Positions 39,273-48,772 are shown, numbered from the stretch's first letter. The stretch is DNA of 64,000 nt from Pseudomonadota bacterium (GCA_038528605.1 JBCBEP010000001.1:25202-89201), one strand, 5' to 3'. A program made the numbers and translations. Notes: generated from the letters alone by a model not told the origin.

Positions 39273-40223
39273 ATGACGAAACCGCCGCTCACGCTCTACC
39301 TCGCCGATCCTCGCGGCTTCTGTGCCGGCGTGGTCCGCGCCATCGAGATCGTGGAGATGTCGCTCGAGAAGTGGGGCGCCCCCGTCTACGTGCGCCACGA
39401 GATCGTGCACAACGCCCATGTGGTCGAGGAGCTGCGCGCCAAGGGCGCCGTCTTCGTCGAGGAGTTGGACGAATGCCCGGATGATCGGCCGGTCGTCTTC
39501 TCCGCCCATGGCGTGCCGAAGGCGGTGCCGGCGGAGGCCGAGCGGCGCGAGATGGTCTATGTGGACGCAACCTGCCCGCTCGTCTCCAAGGTGCATATCG
39601 AGGCGGAGCGGCACCACGACCGCGGCTTCCAGATCGTGATGATCGGCCATGAGGGCCACCCCGAGACCGTGGGCACCATGGGTCAGCTTCCGGAGGGGGA
39701 GGTGATCCTCGTCGAGACACCGGACGACGTGGCCCATATCGAGCCACGCGACCCGGAGCGTCTGGCCTTCATCACGCAGACCACCCTTTCGGTCGACGAT
39801 ACGGCCGAGGTGGTGCGCGCGCTCCAGGCCCGCTTCCCCAAGATCGTCGGCCCGCACAAGGAAGACATCTGCTACGCAACCACGAACCGTCAGGCCGCCG
39901 TCAAGGAAATGGCGCCGAACATCGACGCGCTGCTCGTGGTCGGCGCGCCCAACTCATCCAACTCCCGCCGCTTGGTCGAGGTCGGCCAGGCCGCCGGTGC
40001 CTCCTACGCGATGCTCGTGCAAACCGCGGCGGATATCGACTGGCGTGCGATTGAAGGCGTGCGCTCCGTGGGGGTCACCGCCGGGGCCAGCGCGCCGGAG
40101 GTGCTGGTCCAGGGCGTGGTCGACGCCTTCGCCGCGCGCTACGATGTTAAAATCGAACGCATCGTCACCGCGGAAGAGAATGTGAGCTTCAAGGTCCCGC
40201 GCGTTCTGCGCGAGCTCGCCTGA
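39273..40223 (+). CDS. ispH: 4-hydroxy-3-methylbut-2-enyl diphosphate reductase
   Basis: Three conserved Cys ([22 protein letters not shown]) and an SNSRRL motif. AAGGA Shine-Dalgarno. Confidence 0.95.
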   Translation: MTKPPLTLYLADPRGFCAGVVRAIEIVEMSLEKWGAPVYVRHEIVHNAHVVEELRAKGAVFVEELDECPDDRPVVFSAHGVPKAVPAEAERREMVYVDATCPLVSKVHIEAERHHDRGFQIVMIGHEGHPETVGTMGQLPEGEVILVETPDDVAHIEPRDPERLAFITQTTLSVDDTAEVVRALQARFPKIVGPHKEDICYATTNRQAAVKEMAPNIDALLVVGAPNSSNSRRLVEVGQAAGASYAMLVQTAADIDWRAIEGVRSVGVTAGASAPEVLVQGVVDAFAARYDVKIERIVTAEENVSFKVPRVLRELA

Positions 40224-40233
40224 GGCACCCGCC

Positions 40234-40863
40234 ATGGCCGGGGAGGAGAGCGACGCCGAGAGGGCGGCCGCCGACACGGCCACCATCGCGTTCTACGACA
40301 CCAATGCGGCGGATTATGCCGCCGCGGCGAGCTGCCCCGAGGGCTTCGACCATCTCGGGCGCTTCATGGCCGATCTCCCCGCTGGCGCCAGCGTGCTCGA
40401 CTTCGGCTGCGGAGACGGTTGGGCGGCCGGGCGTCTTGCCGCCGAAGGGTTCGACGTGCTGGGCATGGACGCCTCCGAAGGCTTGCTGGCACTCGCCGGG
40501 GCACGCCCGGGTGTTCGTGTCCGCCGCGCCTTTTTCGAGGCGTTGGACGACCGCGCCGCTTACGATGGCGTCTGGGCTTCCTTCTCGCTTCTCCACGCCC
40601 CGCGCGCGGCCCTGCCCGGCCACATCACCCGCATCGCCCGCGCCCTGCGCCCGCGCGGCCGGCTTTATCTCGGCCTCAAGGAAGGGGAGGGGGAGCGTCG
40701 CGACGCCCTCGGCCGCCTCTACAGCTACTTCGCGCCAGGAGAGGTCGCCGACCACCTGGCCGCCGCCGGTTTCGAGCCGCCCGAGATCGAACGGGTTCCG
40801 GGCACGGGCATGGCGAACGACTGCACGCACTACCTCCATTTCCACACCCGGCGCGCTGGATGA
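40234..40863 (+). CDS. Class-I SAM-dependent methyltransferase (Methyltransf_11-like)
   Basis: [10 protein letters not shown] motif I. The stop overlaps the rnhA start (ATGA). Confidence 0.8.
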   Translation: MAGEESDAERAAADTATIAFYDTNAADYAAAASCPEGFDHLGRFMADLPAGASVLDFGCGDGWAAGRLAAEGFDVLGMDASEGLLALAGARPGVRVRRAFFEALDDRAAYDGVWASFSLLHAPRAALPGHITRIARALRPRGRLYLGLKEGEGERRDALGRLYSYFAPGEVADHLAAAGFEPPEIERVPGTGMANDCTHYLHFHTRRAG

Positions 40864-41351
40864 CCGAGGCCCCGGCCGAGGACGAAGCACGCGCCGACGG
40901 GCTCTATGCCTATACCGACGGCGCCTGCTCCGGAAATCCCGGGCCCGGTGGATGGGGCGTGGTGCTGGAGGCCGTGAAGGGCGGCGCCCTCGCCAAGGCC
41001 CGCGAGCTTTCGGGCGGCGAGGCGGACACCACCAACAACCGCATGGAGCTGATGGCCGCCATCATGGCGCTCGAGACCCTGGAGCGCCCCGCCGCCATCA
41101 CCGTCGTCACCGATTCGAGCTACCTCAAGGACGGTATCACCGGCTGGATCCATGGCTGGAAGCGCAACGGCTGGAGAACCGCCGCCAAAAAGCCCGTGAA
41201 GAATGCCGAGCTCTGGCAGCGGCTCGACACCGCCCAGGCCCGTCACCGCGTCGCCTGGGAATGGGTGAAAGGCCATGCCGGCCACCCCCAGAACGAGGCC
41301 GCCGACGCGCTCGCCCGCAGCGAGATCAAGCGCCTGAAGGAAGGCGCCTGA
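40860..41351 (+). CDS. rnhA: Ribonuclease HI
   Basis: [16 protein letters not shown] and TNNRMEL DEDD catalytic motifs. Confidence 0.92.
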   Translation: MTEAPAEDEARADGLYAYTDGACSGNPGPGGWGVVLEAVKGGALAKARELSGGEADTTNNRMELMAAIMALETLERPAAITVVTDSSYLKDGITGWIHGWKRNGWRTAAKKPVKNAELWQRLDTAQARHRVAWEWVKGHAGHPQNEAADALARSEIKRLKEGA

Positions 41352-41352
41352 G

Positions 41353-42495
41353 ATGCCCTTCCGCGTGGTCGAGGTGATCGCGCCACCGGACCGCGCGGAC
41401 CGTCTGCGCCGTATCGGGGAGGAGGCGGGGGCGAGCCAGATCCGCCTCGCCGCGGTCGATGTCTGGCCCCAGCCCCTCGGCCCCCTCGCCAGCCCCGAGG
41501 CGCGACCCGTCTCCGCCCCGGCCACCGATCGCGGCCCGGGCTTCCCCGCCGACCCACCGGTGGGCCTGCCCCATGGCGACGGGACCGAACCCGGCCAGGC
41601 CGTCGCTCTCACCATGCTCGTCGGCGAAATCGGCCGCCAGGCGCTGCTCGACAAGCTGCAGGACGCGCTCGAGGGTTGCCGCAACTGGCGCATCCTCCTG
41701 CACGAGACCGCGGCCGTCGTCCCCCACACGGCGGAGGAGGACCGGCGCGAACAGGAGCGGGCGGACCGGCGGACGCGCGAGAAGATCACCACCTCGCGCG
41801 AGGAACTCTACCAGCAGGTCGCCGGCGGCGCGCAGCTGACGCGGGATTTCCTGCTCCTCGTCGTACTCTCCACCGTGGTCGCCGCCGTCGGCCTCATCAA
41901 CGACAACGTCGCCGTCGTCATCGGCGCCATGGTCATCGCCCCCCTCCTCGGCCCCAACCTCGCTCTCGCCTTCGCCGCCGCGATCGGGGACCGGGAGATG
42001 ATCGGCCGCGCCCTCGGCTCCGGGCTCGCAGGGCTCGGCATCGCCATCGCGCTCGCAGCGCTCCTCCCGCTCTTCTTTTCCGTCGATCTCACAAATGGCG
42101 AGCTCTCGGGGCGCACCAGCGTCGGCTTCGACGCCATTGCGCTCGCCCTCGCCTCGGGCGCCGCCGCGGCCCTCTCCATCTCCACCGGTGTCTCCTCGGT
42201 GCTGGTCGGCGTCATGGTCGCCGCCGCCCTCCTGCCCCCCGCGGCCACCATCGGCATCGCGCTCACCGAGGCGGAGTTCATCGCCGCCGCGGGCGCGGCC
42301 CTCCTGCTTGCGGTCAACCTCGTCTCGGTGAACCTCGCCGCCGTCGCCGTCTTTCTCTCGAAGGGCGTCCGCCCCCGCACCTGGCTCGAGCGCAAGGAGG
42401 CCCGCCAATCCCTCCGCGTCACCCTCGCGGTGCTCATCAGCGGCCTCGCGGTCTTCACCGGCCTAATCGCTCTAAGCCGACAGTTCGCTTTCTAG
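41353..42495 (+). CDS. DUF389 / TIGR00341-family membrane protein
   Basis: Soluble N-terminal domain plus a C-terminal multi-transmembrane region with repeated GAxxxAPLLGP-type segments. Confidence 0.8.
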   Translation: MPFRVVEVIAPPDRADRLRRIGEEAGASQIRLAAVDVWPQPLGPLASPEARPVSAPATDRGPGFPADPPVGLPHGDGTEPGQAVALTMLVGEIGRQALLDKLQDALEGCRNWRILLHETAAVVPHTAEEDRREQERADRRTREKITTSREELYQQVAGGAQLTRDFLLLVVLSTVVAAVGLINDNVAVVIGAMVIAPLLGPNLALAFAAAIGDREMIGRALGSGLAGLGIAIALAALLPLFFSVDLTNGELSGRTSVGFDAIALALASGAAAALSISTGVSSVLVGVMVAAALLPPAATIGIALTEAEFIAAAGAALLLAVNLVSVNLAAVAVFLSKGVRPRTWLERKEARQSLRVTLAVLISGLAVFTGLIALSRQFAF

Positions 42496-42496
42496 T

Positions 42497-42624
42497 TCCG
42501 CCCGCTCAGAAGGCCGGGGCGGGTCAAGGATCGCGCGAGCGACCGGCGGAGCCGGCCCGTCCTTGACGCGGCCCGGCCTTCGATCATGCTCGAACAGGCG
42601 CCCTCGCGGCGCCTCCCCAGCCCC
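42497..42624 (+). repeat. MITE/REP-like ~130-bp intergenic element, copy A
   Basis: Shares three blocks with copy B (46336..46478, inverted): TCCGCCCG..GAAGGCCGG..CGGGTCAAGGAT, then GTCCTTGACGCGG...TTCGATCATGCT.GAA..GGCGCCCTCGCGGCGCCTCCC.AGCCCC. The middle section is variable. Contains an internal TCAAGGA/TCCTTGA inverted repeat. Sits between convergent genes. Confidence 0.75.
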
Positions 42625-42783
42625 CAAAGCGATCCTGCAGCCCGCCGCCACACCCTGGCTGCCGTCCACACCCCGCCGCCGCAGAGACCACCGTCAAGTA
42701 TCCCGGCGACCAGCCGGGATGCCGCTTCACTGATCGCCGCGAACAAAGGCCCGGCCCCCGCATCCGGGGGGCCGGGCCCGTTC

Positions 42784-43941
42784 TCAGTCGCCGAGCTGCA
42801 CAAGGTCGCTCATCAGTCCCTTGGTCCCGTTATGCACGGTCAGCCGCTCGACCTTCCCGGCGATCTCCGTCAGCGCCTCCAGCTCCTTGAGGCGCAGCAT
42901 CACCGGGTTCTCCGCCATCACCTTCGCGGTGTTGAGGAGCGCGCGCGTCGCCGCCGTCTCCTCTCGCCGCCGGATGATGTTGGCCTCCGCCTCCTTCTCG
43001 GCGGCCACCACGCGGTTCAGGATCTCGCGCATATCGCCCGGCAGGATCACGTCCTTGAGCGCGATCTCGCCGACCTCGAGGCCGATCTCCGCCATCTCCC
43101 GGCGCACCTGCCCGGCCGCCTCGGCATCCACCGTCACCTTCTCGGCGAGGAGGCTGTCGAGGGTCCGCGCGCCGAGCGCCCGGCGGAAGGCCAGCTGCAG
43201 CGCCCCGTGGAGCGCATCCGCGAAGTCCTTCACCATGGTCGCGGCCTTCACGGCATCGACCACACGGAAGCGCGCGGCGAGGTTCACGCGGATCGTCACG
43301 CGGTCCGCCGTCAGCACCTCCTGGCCTGTGACCTCGTAGGTCCGCGCCCGGAGGTCGACGAGCTTCACGCTCACCGCCTGGCCGAGGTTCCAGAAGAAGT
43401 GCACCCCCGGCGCGAGCGTGCCCCGGAAGGCCCCGCCCACATGGAGCACACCCACCTGGCCCGGCTCGACCGTCGCGCGCACCACCGCGCCGCCGATCAC
43501 CCGTTCGCCGACCGCCTGCTCGATGGCCCGCGTAAGCGCCGCCGGCACCGCAAGTCCGGGCTCCACGGCGAAGCGTCGGATCTCCCAGGGGCCGGCTGCG
43601 GTCCAGTAGAGCGTCCGCTCCTTCGGCCCGCGGCTCACGGCAACCAGCGCGCCGTCGCGCATCAGCACCGCCACCTCGCCCTCGCCGGCCGCGAACACCG
43701 TCAGGTGCTCGGCCACAAGGTCGGGCCGCGCCGCTTCAAGCGCCCGCGCGTAGCGGGACGTGAAGACCGGCTGGTTCAGGTCATGGCGCTCGGTCTCGAG
43801 CGCGCCCCGGCGGTTCGGCAGCCGGTGCTCGCCCGGTCCGAGGATGCCCGTGAACCGGCCCTTGTGGAGCGCGACCACGCGCTCGTTTTCCGCGACGCGG
43901 ACCCGGGCCACGCCCATGATCCGGTCAGTAAGGGTCGTCAT
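42784..43941 (-). CDS. SPFH/band-7 (stomatin/prohibitin-like) domain protein with a ~170-aa non-transmembrane N-terminal extension
   Basis: SPFH core (VKLVDLRARTYEV...TADRVTIRVNLAARFRVVD...) and a C-terminal coiled-coil. No hydrophobic anchor detected. Confidence 0.85.
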   Translation of the reverse strand: MTTLTDRIMGVARVRVAENERVVALHKGRFTGILGPGEHRLPNRRGALETERHDLNQPVFTSRYARALEAARPDLVAEHLTVFAAGEGEVAVLMRDGALVAVSRGPKERTLYWTAAGPWEIRRFAVEPGLAVPAALTRAIEQAVGERVIGGAVVRATVEPGQVGVLHVGGAFRGTLAPGVHFFWNLGQAVSVKLVDLRARTYEVTGQEVLTADRVTIRVNLAARFRVVDAVKAATMVKDFADALHGALQLAFRRALGARTLDSLLAEKVTVDAEAAGQVRREMAEIGLEVGEIALKDVILPGDMREILNRVVAAEKEAEANIIRRREETAATRALLNTAKVMAENPVMLRLKELEALTEIAGKVERLTVHNGTKGLMSDLVQLGD

Positions 43942-43973
43942 GTCGTCATCCTCCTGACGTTAACGGTCGTCAT
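43938..43973 (-). other. 11-codon upstream ORF (MTTVNVRRMTT) duplicating the first codons of the SPFH gene and ending in ATGA overlap with its start. Carries the AGGAGG Shine-Dalgarno.
   Basis: The sequence reads ATGACGACCGTTAACGTCAGGAGGATGACGACATGACGACC on the minus strand. Confidence 0.3.
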
Positions 43974-44337
43974 CGGTGGTCCTCGTCGGGGGACCACGGC
44001 GGTCTTTGCGCGCACCTCCTTTCGCGTTGGCAACGCCCGCCGGACCGTCCGGCGGGGTGAGTCGGGTGGGTTCCGGAACCGGTCCCGCGCCGCGCCCGGC
44101 GGGCCCCGGCGAGCGGGGAGCCGGGAGGCGAAGGCGGAGCCTCGGGCGCGGCGGCCTGTTGCCTCGGAGAGACAACCGATCGCCTGACCCTCGGCCTGGC
44201 CCCCGCCCGCCGCCCCCATCATCCGGAGCGCAGGCCGAGCGTGGCGGCGGAGCATGCGGGCCGCCCGCCGAGGCGGACAGGCGCCGCCGGCCCCGCAGGA
44301 CCGGCCCCGAAACCCGTTAGTGAAGTCCAGCGTTACA

Positions 44338-44379
44338 GGCTGGGGAGGGAGTCGAACCCTCAGTCCTTTGCAGGGACTA
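44338..44379 (-). pseudogene. tRNA 3' fragment. Cys-type anticodon stem-loop (AGTCC-CTGCAAA-GGACT) plus T-arm (GAGGG-TTCGACT-CCCTC) and a 3' acceptor strand. Lacks the 5' acceptor strand and D-arm.
   Basis: Canonical 7-nt anticodon loop CU-GCA-AA and T-loop TTCGACT read on the minus strand. No complementary 5' acceptor strand is present upstream. Confidence 0.4.
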
Positions 44380-44400
44380 CCCTTCGTTCCCGAAGAACGA

Positions 44401-44475
44401 GGTTGCGTTGGCTGGAGTTGAACCAGCGACAACCGGATTTCGCGTCCGGTGCTCTATCCACTGAGCTACAGCGCA
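44401..44475 (-). tRNA. tRNA gene (Arg-like D-arm and body) with a non-canonical anticodon loop CGCGAAA (G at position 33) and a C5-A68 acceptor mismatch. Possibly a degenerate or pseudo tRNA.
   Basis: Minus strand reads TGCGCTG-TA-GCTC-AGTGGATA-GAGC-A-CCGGA-CGCGAAA-TCCGG-TTGTC-GCTGG-TTCAACT-CCAGC-CAACGCA-A-CC. The cloverleaf is complete. Isotype cannot be assigned by eye. Confidence 0.6.
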
Positions 44476-44757
44476 TGTGCCACTCCTTCTCATCGCGCCC
44501 CGGGATGCGGCGACGGCATGGCCGCCCCGCACCGGTGGTCGGGAAACGCCAGCCGCTGGGGTCGCGTGGTCCAAAGCGGAGCCGCTGGATGGTCCGAATC
44601 GCCCGGCAGGCGCAACGAGAAACCGCAACGCGTGCCGTCGTGGCAACATAGAGTGCAGCTTTGCCACAGTCTGACGGATGCCCGTCATAATGGCCGCCTT
44701 GACCGGGACCCTGCTTCGGCGCGACACCACCGCCAGATCCGAAAACGGGAGGAACCC

Positions 44758-46212
44758 ATGTTCGACCTCAGCGAACGCAGCCTGCTCGCCGCGCAGTCCT
44801 ATATCGACGGCGAGTGGGTCGGCGCGGCCGACGGCAAGACCTTCGAGGTGCTAAACCCCTCGACTGGCGAGAAAATCGCCGATGTGGCCGATTGCAGCGT
44901 GGCCGATACCGAGCGCGCAATCGAGGCCGCGCACCGCGCCCAGCCCGCCTGGGCGGCGATGACCGCGAAGGAGCGCGCGACCATCCTCCGCCGCTGGTTC
45001 GAGCTCATGATGGAGTATCAGGACGATCTCGGACGGCTGCTCACGGCCGAGCAGGGCAAGCCGCTGGCCGAGGCCAAGGGCGAGATCGCCTATGGCGCGA
45101 GCTTCATCGAGTGGTTCGCCGAGGAGGCCAAGCGCATCTATGGCGAGACCATTCCGGGCCACCAGGCGGACAAGCGGCTGATGGTGCTCCGCCAGCCCAT
45201 CGGCGTGGTCGGCGCCATCACGCCCTGGAACTTCCCGAACGCCATGATCACCCGCAAGGCCGCCCCGGCGCTGGCCGCGGGCTGCACCTTCGTGGTGCGC
45301 CCGGCCACGCTCACGCCCCTCTCCTGCACGGCCATGGCGGTGCTGGCGGAGAAGGCGGGGATCCCGAAGGGGGTCTTCAGCGTCATCACGTCGACCGACT
45401 CGCGCGGTGTGGGCAAGATCCTCTGCGAGCATGAAAAGGTCGCGAAGATCACCTTCACCGGCAGCACCGAGGTGGGCCGTATCCTGATGCGTCAGTCCGC
45501 CGACACCATCAAGAAGATGAGCCTCGAGCTCGGCGGCAACGCGCCCTTCATCGTGTTCGATGACGCGGATCTCGACGCCGCCGTCGAGGGGGCGATCATG
45601 TGCAAGTTCCGCAATGCCGGGCAGACCTGCGTGTGCGCCAACCGTATTTATGTGCAGGCCGGTGTCTACGATGCCTTCGCCGAGAAGCTGAAGGCTGCCG
45701 TGGCCGAGCTGAAGGTGGGTGACGGGTTCGAGGACGGCGTGAAGATCGGCCCGATGATCGAGCCCAAGGCCATCGAAAAGGTCGAGGAGCACATCGCGGA
45801 CGCCACCAAGCGCGGCGCCGAGGTGATCATCGGCGGCAAGCGCGCGGCGCAGGGCGACATGTTCTTCGAGCCCACGGTGATGACCGGCGTGCCGAAGGAT
45901 GCGCTTGTGAGCTGTGAGGAGACCTTCGGGCCGGTGGCCCCGCTCTTCCGCTTCGAGACCGATGAAGAGGCGGTGGCGCTCGCCAACGACACCATCTTCG
46001 GCCTTGCCGCGTATTTCTACGCCAAGGATCTCAGCCGCGTCTGGCGCGTGGCCGAAGGGCTCGAGAGCGGGATCGTCGGCGTGAACACCGGCATCATCTC
46101 GACCGAGGTGGCGCCCTTTGGCGGCGTGAAACAGTCCGGCCTTGGCCGCGAGGGCTCGAAGCACGGCATCGAAGAGTATCTCGAGATGAAATACATCTGC
46201 ATGGGCGTCTGA
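44758..46212 (+). CDS. gabD: Succinate-semialdehyde dehydrogenase [NAD(P)+]
   Basis: Aldehyde dehydrogenase family with the ELGGNAP catalytic Glu motif and the FRNAGQTCVCANR catalytic Cys. GGGAGGA Shine-Dalgarno. Confidence 0.9.
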   Translation: MFDLSERSLLAAQSYIDGEWVGAADGKTFEVLNPSTGEKIADVADCSVADTERAIEAAHRAQPAWAAMTAKERATILRRWFELMMEYQDDLGRLLTAEQGKPLAEAKGEIAYGASFIEWFAEEAKRIYGETIPGHQADKRLMVLRQPIGVVGAITPWNFPNAMITRKAAPALAAGCTFVVRPATLTPLSCTAMAVLAEKAGIPKGVFSVITSTDSRGVGKILCEHEKVAKITFTGSTEVGRILMRQSADTIKKMSLELGGNAPFIVFDDADLDAAVEGAIMCKFRNAGQTCVCANRIYVQAGVYDAFAEKLKAAVAELKVGDGFEDGVKIGPMIEPKAIEKVEEHIADATKRGAEVIIGGKRAAQGDMFFEPTVMTGVPKDALVSCEETFGPVAPLFRFETDEEAVALANDTIFGLAAYFYAKDLSRVWRVAEGLESGIVGVNTGIISTEVAPFGGVKQSGLGREGSKHGIEEYLEMKYICMGV

Positions 46213-46284
46213 TCCCGCACCACCGCGGCAAGCGGCATCCCGGCTGGTCGCCGGGATCGGTTGTTGCGGGGTTTCTGCTGGGCG

Positions 46285-46309
46285 GGCCCGGGGGCGATGC
46301 TCCCGGGCC
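46285..46309 (+). terminator. Putative gabD terminator hairpin (GGCCCGGG...CCCGGGCC, then a T-rich TTCTGCGTTTGG)
   Basis: 8-bp stem and a 9-nt loop. Confidence 0.45.
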
Positions 46310-46335
46310 TTCTGCGTTTGGCAGGGGCCGCTTGA

Positions 46336-46478
46336 GGGGCTTGGGAGGCGCCGCGAGGGCGCCCTTTCCAGCATGATCGAAAGACGGACCGCGTCAAGGA
46401 CGCGCCCGATCCGCGATCGGGCCCGCCGGCGCTGCCGGTGGCGTTGCCATCCTTGACCCGATCCGGCCTTCGGGCGGA
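46336..46478 (-). repeat. MITE/REP-like ~140-bp intergenic element, copy B (inverted relative to copy A)
   Basis: See copy A. Abuts the fmt stop codon. Confidence 0.75.
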
Positions 46479-47399
46479 TCAGGCGAGCGTGGTGTCCTTC
46501 GGGACGGGGAAGCCGCGCAGGAAGGTTTCGGCAGGCTGGGGGCCTTTGCCCGCGCGCTGGAGGGTGGTGAGGTGGACGGCGCCGGTGCCGCAGGCGATGG
46601 TGAGACCGTCGTCCATCGCCGTGCCGGGCGGAGGGCCGCTGTCGCCGTCAACGGCCTCGGCCATCAGCACTTTCACCCGTTCGCCGGCGATCTCGCACCA
46701 GGCGCCGGGGAAGGGGCTTAGGCCGCGGATATGGGCGGAGACCGCCTCGGCCGGCATCGTCCAGTCGATCCGGGCTTCGGCCTTCTCGATCTTTGCGGCG
46801 TAGGTGATGCCTTTCGCGGGTTGGGGCTCGGCGGGGAGGGGGCCCTCGGCGAGCCGGGCGAGGGTTTCGGTCATGAGGTGGGCGGAGAGGGTGGCGAGCC
46901 GGTCGTGCAGTGTGCCGGCAGTGTCCTCGGCGCCGATGGGGAGCGATGCGCGGGCGAGCACGGGCCCGGTGTCGAGCCCCGCCTCCATCTGCATGATGCA
47001 CACGCCGGTTTCCGCGTCGCCCGCCATGATGGCGCGCTGGATGGGGGCGGCGCCGCGCCAGCGGGGCAGGAGGGAGGCATGGGCGTTGAGGCAGCCGAGC
47101 CGGGGTGCGTCGAGGGCTGCCTGGGGCAGGATCTGGCCGTAGGCGACCACCACCGCGACATCGGGCTCATAAGCTGCGAAGCGGGCGACCACGTCCTTGT
47201 TGCGAAATCGCTCCGGCGTCTCCACCGGAAAGCCATGCGCCTCCGCCGCACGATGCACGGGCGAGGGGCGCAGTGCCTTGCCGCGGCCGGCGGGGCGGGG
47301 CGGCTGGGTGTAGACGGCGGCGATCTCGTGGCCTGCCGCCACGAGTGCCTCGAGCACCGGTACGGCGAAATCGGGCGTGCCCATGAAGACGATGCGCAT
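46479..47399 (-). CDS. fmt: Methionyl-tRNA formyltransferase
   Basis: [15 protein letters not shown]-terminus and the [18 protein letters not shown] motif. Confidence 0.95.
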   Translation of the reverse strand: MRIVFMGTPDFAVPVLEALVAAGHEIAAVYTQPPRPAGRGKALRPSPVHRAAEAHGFPVETPERFRNKDVVARFAAYEPDVAVVVAYGQILPQAALDAPRLGCLNAHASLLPRWRGAAPIQRAIMAGDAETGVCIMQMEAGLDTGPVLARASLPIGAEDTAGTLHDRLATLSAHLMTETLARLAEGPLPAEPQPAKGITYAAKIEKAEARIDWTMPAEAVSAHIRGLSPFPGAWCEIAGERVKVLMAEAVDGDSGPPPGTAMDDGLTIACGTGAVHLTTLQRAGKGPQPAETFLRGFPVPKDTTLA

Positions 47400-47432
47400 G
47401 GGCAGGGCTCCTCGATGCGGGGATCGTAAGGC

Positions 47433-47987
47433 TCAGCCCTCGCGGGCGAGCTCATCGGCGCGGCGCGCACGGTCCCGCTTCAGCTTCTTCATCTTCTCGG
47501 TGATGAGGCGGCGGCGCATGGGGCCCAGCATGTCGATGAAGAGCTTGCCGTTCAGATGGTCGATCTCGTGCTGCACGCAGACCGCCCAGATGCCGGTGAA
47601 GTCCTCTTCCTGCTCGGCGCCCGTCTCGTCGAGCCAGCGGACGCGCACGGCGCTCGGGCGCTTGATGTCGGCATAGATGTCGGGGATCGAGAGGCAGCCT
47701 TCCTCCTCCACCACCATCTCCTCGGACGACCAGACGATCTCGGGGTTGGCGAGTTTCAGGGGGCGCAGCTCCCCTTCCTTCGCCTCGTCGTCCCGCGCCG
47801 CGCAGTCCATCACCACCACGCGCAGGTTCACGCCGACCTGCGGGGCGGCGAGGCCGATGCCGGGGGCGTCATACATGGTGGAGAGCATGTCATCCATCAG
47901 CGCACGGACCTCGTCATCGACCGCCGGGACGGGGTCGCAGACCTTTTTCAGCCGGGGATCCGGATGGAGGACGATGGGCCTGATCAT
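47433..47987 (-). CDS. def: Peptide deformylase
   Basis: GIGLAAPQVG, EGCLS and QHEIDHLNG motifs. Confidence 0.95.
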   Translation of the reverse strand: MIRPIVLHPDPRLKKVCDPVPAVDDEVRALMDDMLSTMYDAPGIGLAAPQVGVNLRVVVMDCAARDDEAKEGELRPLKLANPEIVWSSEEMVVEEEGCLSIPDIYADIKRPSAVRVRWLDETGAEQEEDFTGIWAVCVQHEIDHLNGKLFIDMLGPMRRRLITEKMKKLKRDRARRADELAREG

Positions 47988-48052
47988 GCGCCGGAGCTAT
48001 GGGATCGCGCGCCGGGGGTCAAGCCGACGGCGCGCGGCGGTGGCGCCTGGCG

Positions 48053-48592
48053 TCAGAGCTCACCGTCCCAGTAGCCGGCCTTCATGTCGTTCCGGATGAA
48101 GTGGATGATGCGTGGCCTTTCGCTGGCCTGATCGGCGCGCATGGGCCCGCTGCCGGCAAGGAAGCCGATCTTGCCGCTGTCCGGGTAGACGAAGACATCC
48201 GTGGGCTCGAGCGTGCTGAGGGCGAGATAGCGCAGCTCCTCCGTGCCGGTGTTCTCGATCTGGAAGGCGATGCCGGTGCCCGCTTCGCCATAGGCGATGT
48301 CGCCGGGGGCCAGGGGGTAGGTGTCGTCGCCGTGGTGGAACGTGCCGGTGCCGGCCAGGATCACGAACATCTCATCGTTGGTCATGTGGTAGTGGCGCGG
48401 CCAGGCCTTCTTGCCGGGGGGCACCACCGTCAGCGTCGCGCCGAGCTTGCGGCTGCCGAGCGCGCGGCCGACGGCGCCGAGGCGCGCCTCGAAATCCGCG
48501 CCGGGGCTGTTGGTGTCGGAGAAGGCGGGGTCGGCGAGCACGGCCTCCATGTTGACGACGGGCTTGGGCTTCGGTGGGGTCTCGGCGGTCAT
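48053..48592 (-). CDS. Cupin-domain protein
   Basis: Cupin beta-barrel motifs (PRHYHMTNDEMFVILAGTGTFHHGD). Confidence 0.7.
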   Translation of the reverse strand: MTAETPPKPKPVVNMEAVLADPAFSDTNSPGADFEARLGAVGRALGSRKLGATLTVVPPGKKAWPRHYHMTNDEMFVILAGTGTFHHGDDTYPLAPGDIAYGEAGTGIAFQIENTGTEELRYLALSTLEPTDVFVYPDSGKIGFLAGSGPMRADQASERPRIIHFIRNDMKAGYWDGEL

Positions 48593-48772
48593 GGCACGCT
48601 CCTTCGGTTGGTGCAGGCAAGTTAGCCGCGGAGCATGACGGGGCCGCGACGGCATTGACCGGTGCTGCGGCGCACACTAGGACAGCGGCGAAAGAAAATT
48701 GCGCCTAGTCGGCGCTCGCCCCAACATCATTGCCCGGCCCTCGCGCCGGTCAGCCGCCCGAGGAGTGATCTC

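Noticed and set aside
42586-44187. 533-aa plus-strand ORF and its twin 44851..46374 (minus strand), both starting MLE(Q/R)APSRRLPSP
   Set aside because: Both initiate inside the two copies of the repeated element and run antisense to the SPFH and gabD genes. They are artefacts, but useful as independent confirmation of the repeat.
44641-44657. Sigma-54-like TGGCAA-N-GTGCA motif and a GTGGCAA...TTGCCAC palindrome upstream of gabD
   Set aside because: The GG-to-GC spacing is 12 rather than 10 nt, and the -12 element is GTGCA rather than TTGCA. It may still be a palindromic operator, but this cannot be supported by eye.
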